A DNA stretch of 62,205 nucleotides, counting the filler, from Choristocarpus tenellus KU-1152 (taxonomy: Eukaryota > Protista > Phaeophyceae): the NCBI GenBank assembly GCA_964200185.2. It is 11 parts of 11 records of this genome, joined end to end, with 100 filler letters (N's around TTAATTAATTAA, not from the genome) between each part and the next. Parts side by side here need not be neighbours in the genome. Positions count along the whole stretch, not along the records: positions 34,102 to 38,963 come from CAXNAD020012748.1; positions 39,064 to 47,606 come from CAXNAD020004603.1; positions 47,707 to 53,437 come from CAXNAD020009890.1; 8 more parts are not named here. One strand, given 5' to 3'. Shown here one piece after another: positions 38,077 to 50,522 of the stretch. The notes beneath the pieces were generated by a model that was not told the origin of the DNA, made no database searches, and saw nothing but the letters and a program-made list of their open reading frames with translations. A program made the translations under genes and the position numbers. Positions within the stretch are counted from its first letter, which is position 1. Every line of letters begins with the position of its first letter.

Positions 38077-38895
38077 CTGTCAGCCCAAGCAATTGTTTAT
38101 GGCATAGATGAAAGCAGGTTGAGGTGGTGGCGTGTTTATGTATGTGGGGGGGCAGATGTGTGAAGGAAGTAGCTTGCTGTAGAAGAACAACATGTAAATA
38201 TCTGTATAGTCCCACATCAATGAACTAGCAGAAAAAAATCCAGAAAAATACACAAGTGACATTATACAAAAACCCCACCCTGCCTTACAGATTCACTTCA
38301 ACGAGAACAATCCTGATGTGTAATCAAATGATTTTCCCACACAAAACAAAGAGATAAGGGGCGGTACAGAGCAAGAACTTCTCATATCTGCACCAAGGGC
38401 TACATATCTCCCAAAATACCTTCTGGGGTGGATACTGATCTTGGCATCTTCATGCGAACACAATGGCCTATATGATGAAAAGGACTTTCCAAGCAACGTA
38501 GCATTCTGGCATCAATGGGCCACCTCGATGTAGGTGCCAAGGATACTACACCAAACACAACACAAAAAACGGAATACTAATCTTTGGTATCAATCCAGCT
38601 GGTTGCATTCAACTCTCAAGAGACAAGTATTTTTATGTATGACTGCAAGAAGAGGAAGAGGAGGTAAGCGTGAAGTCAAACCATGTTATTGTTAACAAAT
38701 CACGTCCACACAGGCCTCTTATCATTCCTCCCTCCCTTCATATCACCCTGAATAACAACCACCTAGTCCATGAGTACACAACCAACCTCTAATATACCAA
38801 AACAACCAAGAAAGCTCAAGCATAAAACAGAGGGGCGCAGTGAACAAGAAGGGACTGCAATGTGTGAAATCCCAACACACAAGAAATGTGAGATC

Positions 38896-38963
<68 letters not shown>

Positions 38964-41455
38964 NNNNNNNNNNNNNNNNNNNNNNNNNNNNNNNNNNNNN
39001 NNNNNNNTTAATTAATTAANNNNNNNNNNNNNNNNNNNNNNNNNNNNNNNNNNNNNNNNNNNNCTGGTCTCGTGTGAGGCTTCACACCTTCTTATCTTCA
39101 ATACTAACAAATAGCATTACCTCCCAAGGTAATTTGCACAGCCTGAAATGACCAAAAGAAAGGTTCTAATGCTTGGCAAAAGGAGGGCAGCGATGGGGAA
39201 CAAGGAGACATCACGTGGAGGGAGATTTGGCATCAATAGGAAGACACAGTGGGGAGAATGTCAGTGTCCTACAATGACCAAAGGGATGATGATGTTGTGT
39301 AACCAGGGATAGGACCGCAGTGGAAAGGGAGGTCGAGTCACAAGGGCATCAACATTGGTGAGCTATGAGAAGGCTGTGAACTGATCCCATAAATAGATGC
39401 ACAAGCTCACGTACCTTGGCACTGCAACTGGGTATTCCCCATTCAATCGCCCATGACGTGGAGAAGCTAGGGGGTCGTGCTCAACCTATGTTGAGATGTC
39501 CCATGCTGATGAGGCTTCCACAACTTCGAACAAGAAATGGGGTACATGGTACACCAAGTACTCGTACGGAGGGAAGTATTAATCAAGATTTTGTACTCTC
39601 CTCTGGAACTTTTTGAGTTAGACAGAAAATGTTTACATGAAGTTGGTTTGGCGTCCTAACTTCATATGTAACCCAATTTACATGCAGCTTTAGGCCTAAT
39701 TTGGAGAAAATACGTCAGTCCTTCAAAGTAGTTTGGGGACATTCAAACTGCTGTCAAATCTGCTACAGGTTGATTAATAACATATCAGGAATGAAAGCTG
39801 AGGTCCTAACGCATCGATCAAGCTATAGTAGCACTTTGATTCACCGTACATTGTGCAACAAGGTACATTATCCATTTAAGAGGAGCCTTCCTGTTTTGAG
39901 ATATTTTTATTTTCATATTTACATTGATTGTATTACGTGTTCATGATGCGCAACCTATTTTGTTTGAATGCTGATAAACACAGACAGGATTGTAAGACAT
40001 GTTTTTGGTGGACCAAATTGTTTTGGTTGGCAATGCAGAACATCTTTGGAAAGGAATGCCAAGTAGTGTTCCTAGGTCTTGTGACATACAATTTTCTATT
40101 GTGGGTTCACATTCGTAAGCTTCAATGCCGTTATTGTTACCATCTTCCACCGTAGGCTACACCTCGTAATCCCCCTGTAAAACCTCTCATTTTCTTCCCT
40201 CTCTACAGCATCCATTGGTTTAGCTAACTCTGGTATATTTTTCAGCTTTTCTGGAACATTTGTCAGGCTTCATATTTCTCTCTCAAGTATCTAATCCTCT
40301 GCCTTGGATGTATTTTGCCATCTCCTTCTGAGCATAGGTAACCAGCTTGCCACAGTATGTGGATTTCCTTTCACCCTCTCCGATCCCACTTAGAGTCACT
40401 GTACCACCCTAGCTTTGTCTGATCTCTAATGTGGACAAATTGTCCTCCCTTTTGTATACCGAAAGGTTTATGGGCTGAATGTTGAGTAATCATGGTGGTG
40501 TCCCAATCATATCCCAGCGGTCTAGAATGGTACCAAGACCCCTCAGTGAGAGTTCCACACCAAGCTTCCTCTTTTCCCAGGTCACCAAATTCCAACCGAA
40601 ATCCTCATTTCCCAATGAGTGCTGTGTATAGATAGAGAGTTTAATCTTGTTAAGTTGTGGTTTAAGGAGCTTGCTCTCCTCATCTGAGTCGTCTTAGACC
40701 ATCCCCCCCCCACCCCCTAAAGAGGAAGTCCATGTTTGATCCATGTATTTACAGATAAACTGATAGTCCAAGATCAGCAGTACACCTGCCTGCCCCTTGG
40801 AAAGAACATCTCCACTGACCATCTTTAGTTTCTCCATTTCAATTTTGGATTCAACTTCACTACACTTCTTGAGTATTATGTTCAGTGGCATCCTCCACCC
40901 GTTTCTTCCTTGGTACAGCCATTTGGGCACTTGCCTAGTCTTTCTTCGGCCTCCACCTCTTGTTTTGCAGCATCCCCACACCTACTTGTTTCTCTGAGGT
41001 CTGCCCTCTTGACCTCTAGCTATTGTTATTTGCAATCACGGGACTCCTTACTTAAGGCATCAATATCTCAATATCGGCTTTGAGTCGTGAAGAACAATCA
41101 GTCAAAATTGTTCCTTTGCTTCCATTCCGATATCCTTCTGTCAGCGAGACATATCCGAGATCTATCAGGATGTGCAAACGAGTCCCTGATTTATAAGTGG
41201 GTGCCAACAGGTAAATATGTAGAGATAGGGATCAAGCGTTACACTGACTTGAAGTTCAAGTCTTCAGTTTTAACCCAATGACATCATCAAAGTGCAAACT
41301 ATACATAGAAATTGATGACTACAATTAAATCCGACCGATTGAACAAAAGGTTGCAAAAATGAAATTAAAAAAAAATACCTAGAAAAAAGATTCAAGTTTC
41401 GATAGGCACAATAATGTAAAATCTATAGTAATTTGTAGTAGAGTATAGTACTATA

Positions 41456-43060
41456 CTTCCTCTGTTTGGAATTAGATCTAACATATCTTTTACAGAACCT
41501 ATGAAGAATCAAGATTTCTTTTCACATGTTTATATTTGATGGGTGTATTGCACAGATACTAAAATGTTGCACACCAGTATCTCAAGCAAAATGCGGCAGC
41601 CTACACCTATCCATAATTTCACCCCCAACGCCCTCCACAACTCCATGCCAGCATGGTCTTTTGCAACATCCATCGGGGCATTCAAGGAGTGGTTGCCCGC
41701 CTTATCATTCTATTCCTTGCTAAGATAGGGAAGTTTGAGAATGTTGTCACTGTTGGACCCCAGCACTTCACCATAGACTGCAAAAGAGCTATGCCAGACG
41801 TGCTCTAGCGTCTCCTGGGGGCACACATCAAACGCCTCCATTGTAGCCTCCACCAGCTCCTCTGTGGTCCTCACCTCCACGTCTTCCTTCAGTTGCTGGA
41901 TGGGATGGAAGAATCTCAGGTCGTTGACATCGAGGTCAGGTAGATTGGCTGACTGGGTCTCTATGCCAATATTGTCTCCCGCAGCCTCCTCGATTGCCTC
42001 CATGATCTCCTCCTTCGTGTGTTGCTTTGCCCTGTCCTGCTGCACAAAGATGGTGTGTCCTCCCAGTCTGGGCATGTGGGCCTTGATTGCCAGGATGACA
42101 TTCTCGATCATGAGCGTCTTACACCTCTCCCTGTCCATCGTGGCTGGCACAGGCACCTTGGGGTGGTGTTTTCTGGAGCGTTGGGGAACCTTTGTATCCA
42201 CGCATCAAACCACACCCCATTGGAGAGCTTAAGGACAACCACCTTCGTAATGTAACACTTATTCTGTGCCCATGGGGGTTCGGAAGGGTCCTCAGTGGGG
42301 TGCAGGCACACATTTTGCTCGTCTTTGAGGATGTGAAACCACTTCTCATCCACATGCACTCAGTCATACAGATTGTGCAGTAATACCCCACTTCCCCCCC
42401 TCCTGTGCGTTTGACTGATGATGAACCCCCCCTGTTGACCTTGTGCTGGTCCGAGAGGACTGGCTTAATCTGCTGCTTGACCTTCTTCATCTTCTCGAGC
42501 TTGCACAGATCCTACAATGAGGCAAGGGCGACCCCAGCTTTGGCTGCCCATCTGTGAAAGGATGGGTGATGTACCAATGGGATATCCTAAACGTTGAGGA
42601 TACTTGTACGGTGGCCACATTGCCCCTTGCAACATTGTACAAGGTCCACGCATTCACCCAGTGCAATCTGGATGTCATACTCCTTCAGATGATGGAACAT
42701 GGTGCTTTGAAAAATTCCGAATTCCTCTAAGATGGCCGCTGTCATCCCCCGAGGCATTCGAATCTTCCACCCTCTTGCCTCCGGGCATCGTGCCACCATG
42801 CTGTTCTTCATGGGGGTGTTTGAGTTGTGACCCCGGACATAGTGCTGGCCCTAAGAATTGGGACTGATGGGTGACGACAGGATTAGTGAGCAGCTTGAAC
42901 GACAGGGGGCCTTTGTCCCAGGCATCCCATCCCAACAAACACCTGGTTTGAAAGTTTCACAAGGTTATCGAACCCCATCAATGCAACTTGGTCGACTTTG
43001 CACTGGTAATCCTCCAAAGTCATGAAAGCCCACCATCTCAAACTTTCCACGCCTCCCAAT
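41456..43060 (-). mobile_element. Decayed Tc1/mariner element, transposase on the minus strand (D37D spacing)
   Basis: TA followed by TIR CTTCCTCTGTTTGGAATT at 41456. Frameshifted ORFs spanning ~42811-41530 carry HVDEKWF, QQDRAKQH and PDLDVNDLRFF. Its second TIR was not found. Confidence 0.88.
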
Positions 43061-43063
43061 CTA

Positions 43064-44597
43064 CTCCCTCTGATTGGCTTAATTAACCACCTATGTTTTC
43101 GGGCATGCGCCCCCCGGCTTGGGTGTCCTAAATTATTGTTCAGTAATACACATGTTTGTGGACAAATTATGAGCTTTCAACAAGCCTCTAAGCTGAGGGT
43201 TTGCCGTTCTTGAGGACGGTGCTGATGAAGGTAGAGCACCTTGTTGCAGGGAGTAAAAATCGAGTCTGAAACCGTGAAATCGTGCAGTTACGTTTGGTTG
43301 CCTTCCTATTGAGAGGGATGATTGCAACATACCAGAGTTTTAATTCTTGGGATCGACTGAACCAATCAACACCATACAAGCGAGGTGCCTGATTGTAAAT
43401 TACACAGAAGTATGGAATGGCAACATCAACATTGGCTCGGTTGGTGAGGGTGGCATCACGGAGCTGTGATAATGGGGAGGACATGGGCTTACCCTCTTGT
43501 GGCAATGGACGACCAAGAACCATTCCGTAAGGCAATATTGATGTGATTAAAACAGTTCATGTGTTCGAACGGACCAGTCAGAGGAGATGGGCCGCGAAGG
43601 CCAAAGTCACCCTAGGGAAGATAAGGAGGTATAACAAGGATACGGGGGTCAAACCATATTGAATAGTCATCAAGCACTTCCTTTCCGACCAATACAATGT
43701 GGATAGGGTGGCCTTTGTCATGAGCAGCATCCTGAAAAAGGGTACGGGGCACGTGATTGAGCCTATGGTTGACTGTGTTCACCTCGATGAAAAATTATTT
43801 GACCTGGTTTCCAAAGGTGATGTTTCTGACTGCAAGCGCATGCTCCCACGTTTTGGAGGATGGAACTTGGTGGGATGGGAAGATTGGCATTTGGCCACTG
43901 ACAAAGTTAGTTGCAGCAAGATGATCATCCTGTAATCGCACCCAAGGTACCATTGAGACAAAGATTGTCAACATGACTGGTGAGCTTTATGAGAAAAGTT
44001 TCACAGAGAAGGTCTTGCCAGCTTTAGTGTCTCATCCATGCCTGTTAAAGCAGGACATTGCTTTCCTTCAGGACAACAATGCAAGGCCATATACAGCATC
44101 TGCCAAGAAAGCAGTGGGTGATTGGGCCGCTGCTAGAAGCTTCTCAACATTTGTGCTTTAGCGACCTGCCCAATCGCCAGATTTGAACACTCTGGACCTC
44201 GTATTAGATGGACCTCAGATTATTCCACTCTCTGCAGACCAGGGCAGGGTGGCTTCGCTCGGACAACATTGAGGAACTTGTCCAAATATGATAAAGAGAT
44301 ACAAAGGGCATGATACTGAGACCCATTACAAGGTCTGGCAGAGTCTCTTCACACAGTACAAGGCTGTGTTGAACCACTTCAACGATATAAACGTGAAGTG
44401 AGTGTGCAAGATGCAGGAGGATATGCAGATAGTAGTGCATGTGGATGTGTCTTTGGTGACCAAGGGAGTGACGTTCCTGCAGGCTGAAGGGAAGACCATA
44501 GAGCTTGGGATGTCCAGAGGGTTTATCACGTGGGTCGTTCTGGGACAAGAACAGAGGTTACAAAAGTTATGTGACACTTAATTCCGAACAGAGGTCG
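43064..44597 (+). mobile_element. Decayed Tc1/mariner element, transposase on the plus strand
   Basis: TA|CTCCCTCTGATTGG ... AATTCCGAACAGAGGTCG|TA. Fragments VHLDEKLF, LQDNNARPY and PAQSPDLNTLDL. Confidence 0.85.
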
Positions 44598-46001
44598 TAT
44601 ATATAGTTGCCATAATGTTCCAGCACGCTCCAAAGCTTACCTCTACGGGATGTATAGCTCCAGTCCACAAGCCTACAGATAGCACTGATGAACACACGGG
44701 ACTCCTGATGCACAAGTCATCAGGTATGCTGAATCTCTCACTTTGATTATTCACTTCGTAAGTATCAATCATCCACGTATAAAAAGGAACTGGCAAAGAT
44801 GTACTAAGTAGGGGCATGAGAGTGACTAAATAATAAATAAATAGTCAAGAAGTACAAAATATATCAAATCTAGGACTTCAAGGTCATAATGGTGTTAATG
44901 AAACCGCCATCAAGACATAACACCTGTAACATGCCCCCCTAGCATGAAATATAACTGCTTCAATGCGAAGAACAGGCGGTTGGGCAAGAAAATAAATGTC
45001 ACTCCTTATCCTATCATGAACGTAACAGAAATGAAATGAATGTCACTTCCAGGTCCTAACATATCAGTAGGCAGCTCGTTTGGGACCCAGTGGAGGAAGA
45101 AACCTGGAGGGAAAACCTCCTTCCAATGCTTGCCTTGATGACAGATATGCTAGCATGACACTCGCACCTCACGGCACTCACTCTGCATTGGACTCAATGT
45201 TCAAGAGAAAACCCCCTACACCAAAGTCTCACACTTGTGTCAATAAAAGGGTACTGTGTAAAAGGACTCCCCATTTCAAAACCATGGAACACAAAGAAGC
45301 ACTCACTACCTCTGTGCCATTAGTTTGTGCCATGAAACATCTGGGCTCGCCGAGAGAGAACGGCACTGAATCAGACAATTACCCCACAGAATGAAATCGG
45401 GTTGATAATCTCAGCTTTCAGAAAAGGTGGGGGTTGAGGATCATCAAGCACAAACTCAAGGTGCTTCAAGCCATGGAAGTAGGGGTTTTTGGGGGTGATT
45501 TCGAGGCCAGAACTGGGCACGTCGAGGTCAGAATGTCGGCATGGCAACCCCCCTGTCGACCCCCCCGCGTAGGAAGGGTGCCCAAGTGTCCCTGAATACA
45601 AGGGTTGTGCTTGCAATGTAGTACGCCCTTGCGATGGTCGCTGGTGAGCATAAACTGCCGTGACACTTTGGGTCGACCCTTGCAGCGGAGTTTGGAGTGT
45701 CTGAGTGTTACATGCAAGGGCTCTGGGAGGACATTGCCCATCAGCTTGGCCGTGGCCACATGCTTAATCTAGGGGTGGTGGCATGTAGTGGGCATCCTTC
45801 GGAGCTCACACCGAACAAGATGGCCGCAATACATAGCATCAACTCCAGTAATCGGTCATCCACGGTGCGTCAGATGGCATTGAAGATGGCTACCAAGGGG
45901 CTGGATTATAGGACAAGCACCATAAACAGGTTGTTGGATGATATGGGGGCCACGCATAATCGCCACTGAATCAAACCCAAGCTTAAATCGTGGCAAAAGG
46001 T

Positions 46002-46260
46002 GAGCCAAAGTATCTTAGAGGGTAGAGTCAGGTTTATTTGGGGGTCAAAATCCAATGTTGCGATTTCGATGTAATTTTGGCTATTGTGTTTGTTGGGAAG
46101 TGTCAATATCCTTGTTCCAGACACACCTTTTCATAACATACACATTTTACTTGCTTCGAAATTATTTTGGAGTGGGAAAATGTCATAAAAACCCCGAAGG
46201 AAGTCAAACCACAAATGAACAAACAGGGCAAAACTCGTACCCTCCAAGATACTTTCACTC
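46002..46260 (-). mobile_element. MITE copy 4, nested in the mariner
   Basis: GAGCC...CACTC. Comparison with the empty site at ~4371-4388 implies only GT was duplicated. Confidence 0.93.
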
Positions 46261-46654
46261 GTATGGAGAATGAAATTTGTTTGCGATCAAGTGGACCGGA
46301 AATGTGGTGTGTACGCCCCCATGATGAACACAATTCCATGTGGATGAAACCTGGTTTTACATGATGGCTGATGGGGAAAGGGTTAGAGTATTTTCACATG
46401 AGGATGGTAGCGACCTTCCAGAGTCCCCTACTCTGTAGCCCAAGAGTCATATCCCCAAAACCCTGAAGATTGCAGCCAACACCCCCCACATTCGGCTCAC
46501 AGCTTTGGTAGAAAGCTTAGTGTTTGGCGTGTGTGTGCGCCAAAAACGGCAGACAGGACAAGCAAGAACCATAAAGGAGGGTGTGTACGGGCAGAACTAT
46601 ACTTTAGACCATTTGTGGTACAGGAAGTGGTACACTGAGAAGTTACTGCCTGCA

Positions 46655-46914
46655 GAGTGATAGTATCTTAGAGGGTACGAGTTTTGCCCTGTTTGTCCAT
46701 TTGGGGCTTGGCTTCCCTCGTTTTTTTTTTTGACATTTTCCCACTCCAAAATATTTTTGGAGTAGGTAAAATGCATACGTCATGAAATGGTGTGTCCAGA
46801 AAAAGGATATTGAAACTTCCTAACAAACACGATAGCCAAAATTACATCGAAATTGCAACATTGGATTTTGACCCCCAAATGGACGCGGCTCTACCCTCTA
46901 AGATACTTTGGCTC
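46655..46914 (+). mobile_element. MITE copy 5, nested in the mariner
   Basis: GAGTG...GGCTC with 4-bp TSD TGCA. The empty site TGCAATCAAGACC is at ~4768. Confidence 0.95.
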
Positions 46915-48869
46915 TGCAATCAAGACCAAGATGCCTTGGTTGCAGGGGAAGCATGATGTCATTCAGCATGACGGTGCAACCCCCCACACGGGCAAGGGCA
47001 ACTCAGAAATCTTGTCAGGGACAGGGAAGACTTGAGGGGTGGTCAATTAGGCTTGTGACGCAGCCATCTATTTCCCCTGACCTCAATATGATGGACCTGT
47101 GCTTCTTAAGGTCTTTGAACTGCCGGGTGATGGGGGAGGGGTTTGGGTCCGTCGAGGAGATGGTGAAGGTCATGAATAAACAGTATGAGGAGTATGATGA
47201 AACCACACTTGAGAGGACTAGGCAGCTCTTTTTTGTGGTGTACAATCAAGTACTTAGATACAAAGGGGGGAATGACTTGAGAGTCGAGCACATAGGGGTA
47301 AGGAATAGGCAGTTGTCTGGTGAGCTTGAAACACACTGAAGGTAGACATGGAGGCTTTTTCTGTGACTGATAAAATTGTGATGGATGGGGAGTAATAATA
47401 GTAAATTGAGTTGACCCTAACCAGAAATTCGTCAAGGATTCCAAATCTTCTTTTTAGAAATGAGCTTCATCATCTTCAAACGTTATGGACAACGCGGCAC
47501 AGACTTATTGCACGGAGGTAGTACATACACAAAAGTAATGTCCCACAATCACAGAGAAAGATGGTGGGTCAAAGTATCAGGGGGGGGGGGGCCAGCCCTG
47601 GTTTTTNNNNNNNNNNNNNNNNNNNNNNNNNNNNNNNNNNNNNNNNNNNNTTAATTAATTAANNNNNNNNNNNNNNNNNNNNNNNNNNNNNNNNNNNNNN
47701 NNNNNNGATCTATGCTCGCGGCCGGCATTCCCGTTTGTACGCAGTTTTTCAAGGCATCGTTCGGAATATCCAATCATGTCATCGACGCTTGCAAAGGTAC
47801 ACTTAACGCAAAAGCATCCTCTGGCGTGGACAGGTGGGTTTGACGTAAATACACAGTGTTATATTTACCCGGTATATATCAACGCCTGCTTGATGATTGA
47901 ACAGTAGTCCTATCTGAGAACAATGTAATCCGACCGTACTTGCCACATTCAGTTTGCAGTTACCACGCCTAGATGTCTCATGTACAAAGTTATAGATCCC
48001 TCCAGCGTGGAGTTATGTGTTACATATATGTGTATGTACATGTGTTATGTGTTTATTTATGCTTCAACAATATCATCTCATCCGGTCGTCCCTGCGCTGC
48101 TGCTGCAGTTACCACGCGTAAATACCTGCAGAATTAGAGATCCGCTGCTGGCATACGATTCCATTCCCCATCCCTTATAACCACCTCCAACACAACTCCC
48201 ATCCATATATACATACGTGCGCTGCTGGAACAGGAACGGCACGAACAAAGAGAAGGACATGGCTCCGAAGCGAGACCTGGTGATGTCCTGGATAGACTAC
48301 TGGGCGGATACGTACGGGCAGTTCATGCCTAACAAGCCGCAATTGTGATCTACGCCGCGAACAAACAGGTAGGTTTTACCCTTGGTTGTGGAGAGGTTGA
48401 CTACACCCTGCGTTGGAGTTAGCTGCAAACCGTGTGACCCAGCAGTATGTAGAAGAAGTGGATCGAAGGAGTATTTCGAGTGGTGGTTGCATATTACTTT
48501 GACCGGTCTGAGATTATGGTTAAAGAAATATATAAAGCTTCGTACGAAGTACTATTTTTTTTTTTTTGTTATGTCGACACTACAATGATGATGATGGTAC
48601 TCTTCGTCGCTTTAATGGAGGAAGGCACAGTAACTGTTATTTCACCGCTGTGTACACCTACTCTGCAGCCCCGGGCCCGGTCTGACCTTGGTAGGAAAAG
48701 TGTGTACTTCATATGTCCCAAGCACTTCGCGATGATGATGATGATCATGGTAGATTCGCCTCCTTTACTGTTTCTGCAAACGGCGGCGAGGCACCAACAG
48801 AATGACGCTCCTGGCAGATTTACGAAGATCATTGTATTTGCTCTTTCATTACGCACGATGTAAGCTTGC

Positions 48870-49127
48870 GAGTGAAAGTATCTTAGAGGGTACGAGTTTT
48901 TCCCTTTTTGTCCATTTGGGGCTTGGCTTCCCACGGGTGTTTTATGACATTTTGCCTACTCCGAAATGTTTCAGAGTAGGTAAAATGTGTACGTTATGAA
49001 AAGGTGTGTCCGAACAAGGATACTGACACTTCCTAACAAACACGATAGCCAAAATTACATCAAATTCACAACATTGGATTCTGGCCTCCAAATGGACACC
49101 GCTCTACCCTCTAAGATACTATGTCTC
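48870..49127 (+). mobile_element. MITE copy 6, in a transposase intron
   Basis: GAGTG...GTCTC with 4-bp TSD TTGC. Confidence 0.94.
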
Positions 49128-50263
49128 TTGCTTGATCCTGTCTTTCTTGTTGTCAGTCAAGTTATTTGTCAGCCCGCCTTGGAGAGATCATGCAGCGGTG
49201 TTCTTCAAGTGTTCCTTCTCAATAACTCCTCACTTACCCACACAACCAGTATTAATTAGGAGCTATACAAGGATTTTTGCAAAGAGGCAATACAGGTGTA
49301 TCCTGACGATACTTCCAAGCGGGTAAGCAAGGCACACTTCCTCCGATTGCTCAGAGAGGACAGGCTCAACATCAGGGTGAGGATAGGAGGCGAATTTATG
49401 AAATGTGACATATGTGTCACATCGAAAGAGAAGTGGCACGGTGCGCCTGGTGTAAAACCCACGAACGACTCCACCGTCCTCGAGTCCATCGACAAGGAGC
49501 TGTCAGACCATCGAGAGGTAGGTGTCCAGCGTTAATTTTGCGACAATCGTACAGTGGCAACATTTCACCGTCATTGCCCTCCATTGGGAACAACATCTGT
49601 TGCCTTTTGCGAATGAAGACTTCGATGCAGGTGCTTATGGCAGCAGCAGCAGCCTCACTCAGCGCCAAACTGTTGTTATTAGTTGCCCAAACACCTTCTG
49701 TGATAGACTGTTTCCTGGTCGTCTAAAATGGGCTGTGGGAGGGACAGGTCATGTTGCGGTCTTCCGGCCCCGTACGTACGTACTTGCTCCCGTCCCGATA
49801 ATACTGTCTTTGCCTTGAATGCAGCAGTAAAAAACAGGAGCAAAGACAAACATTTATTGTTACCTACACTCGATTTTTGTCACGTACCTGGTACATGTTA
49901 ACAAGTGACCATTTTTTTACACCTCTAAGCAGATTTATTTGATTTGCAGACGTGATGTTGCTCTCCCCAATTCGCTAGATTATTCAAGCGGATCGACTGG
50001 TCATCGCCAACAACACCAGCAGTGCCATGCGGGCCAAAGCTGACGGTAAACCTCTCGGCTTCGATTTCATGTCTGTAGACGCGGCGAACTAGACATCCCA
50101 TGCCCTCCCAGCACTTTACCCACCTACCCACGGCAGTGACAGGTAACCACACGCACGCATAGTCCATTTGTCAACAAGTTTGCAGCCGCATGCAGAAGAG
50201 AATAGACCACCCTGTTTTATTCAACGAATGTGTGCAAAGTCCCAAGAAATAACCGCCAAAATA

Positions 50264-50522
50264 GAGCCAAAGTATCTTAGAGGGTAGGGCCGCGTCCATT
50301 TGGGGACCAAAATCCAATGTTGCGATTTTGATGTAATTTTGTCTATCTTATTTGATAGGAAGTGTCAATATCCTTGTTCCGGACAAGCCTTCTCATAACG
50401 TATACATTTTACCTACTCCGAAACACTTTGGAGTAGAAAAATGTCATTAAAAACCCCATGGGATGCCAAGCCCCGAATGGACAAACAGGGCAAAAGTCAT
50501 ACCCTCTAAGATACTTTCACTC
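50264..50522 (-). mobile_element. MITE copy 7, in a transposase intron
   Basis: GAGCC...CACTC with 4-bp TSD AATA. Confidence 0.95.

Larger units (their letters stand above)
45306..47521 (+). mobile_element. Second copy of the 3666-5366 mariner family, interrupted by two MITEs
   Basis: CTACCTCTGTGCCAT...TGCACGGAGGTAG|TA; colinear with 3666-5366 apart from the two insertions. Confidence 0.93.
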
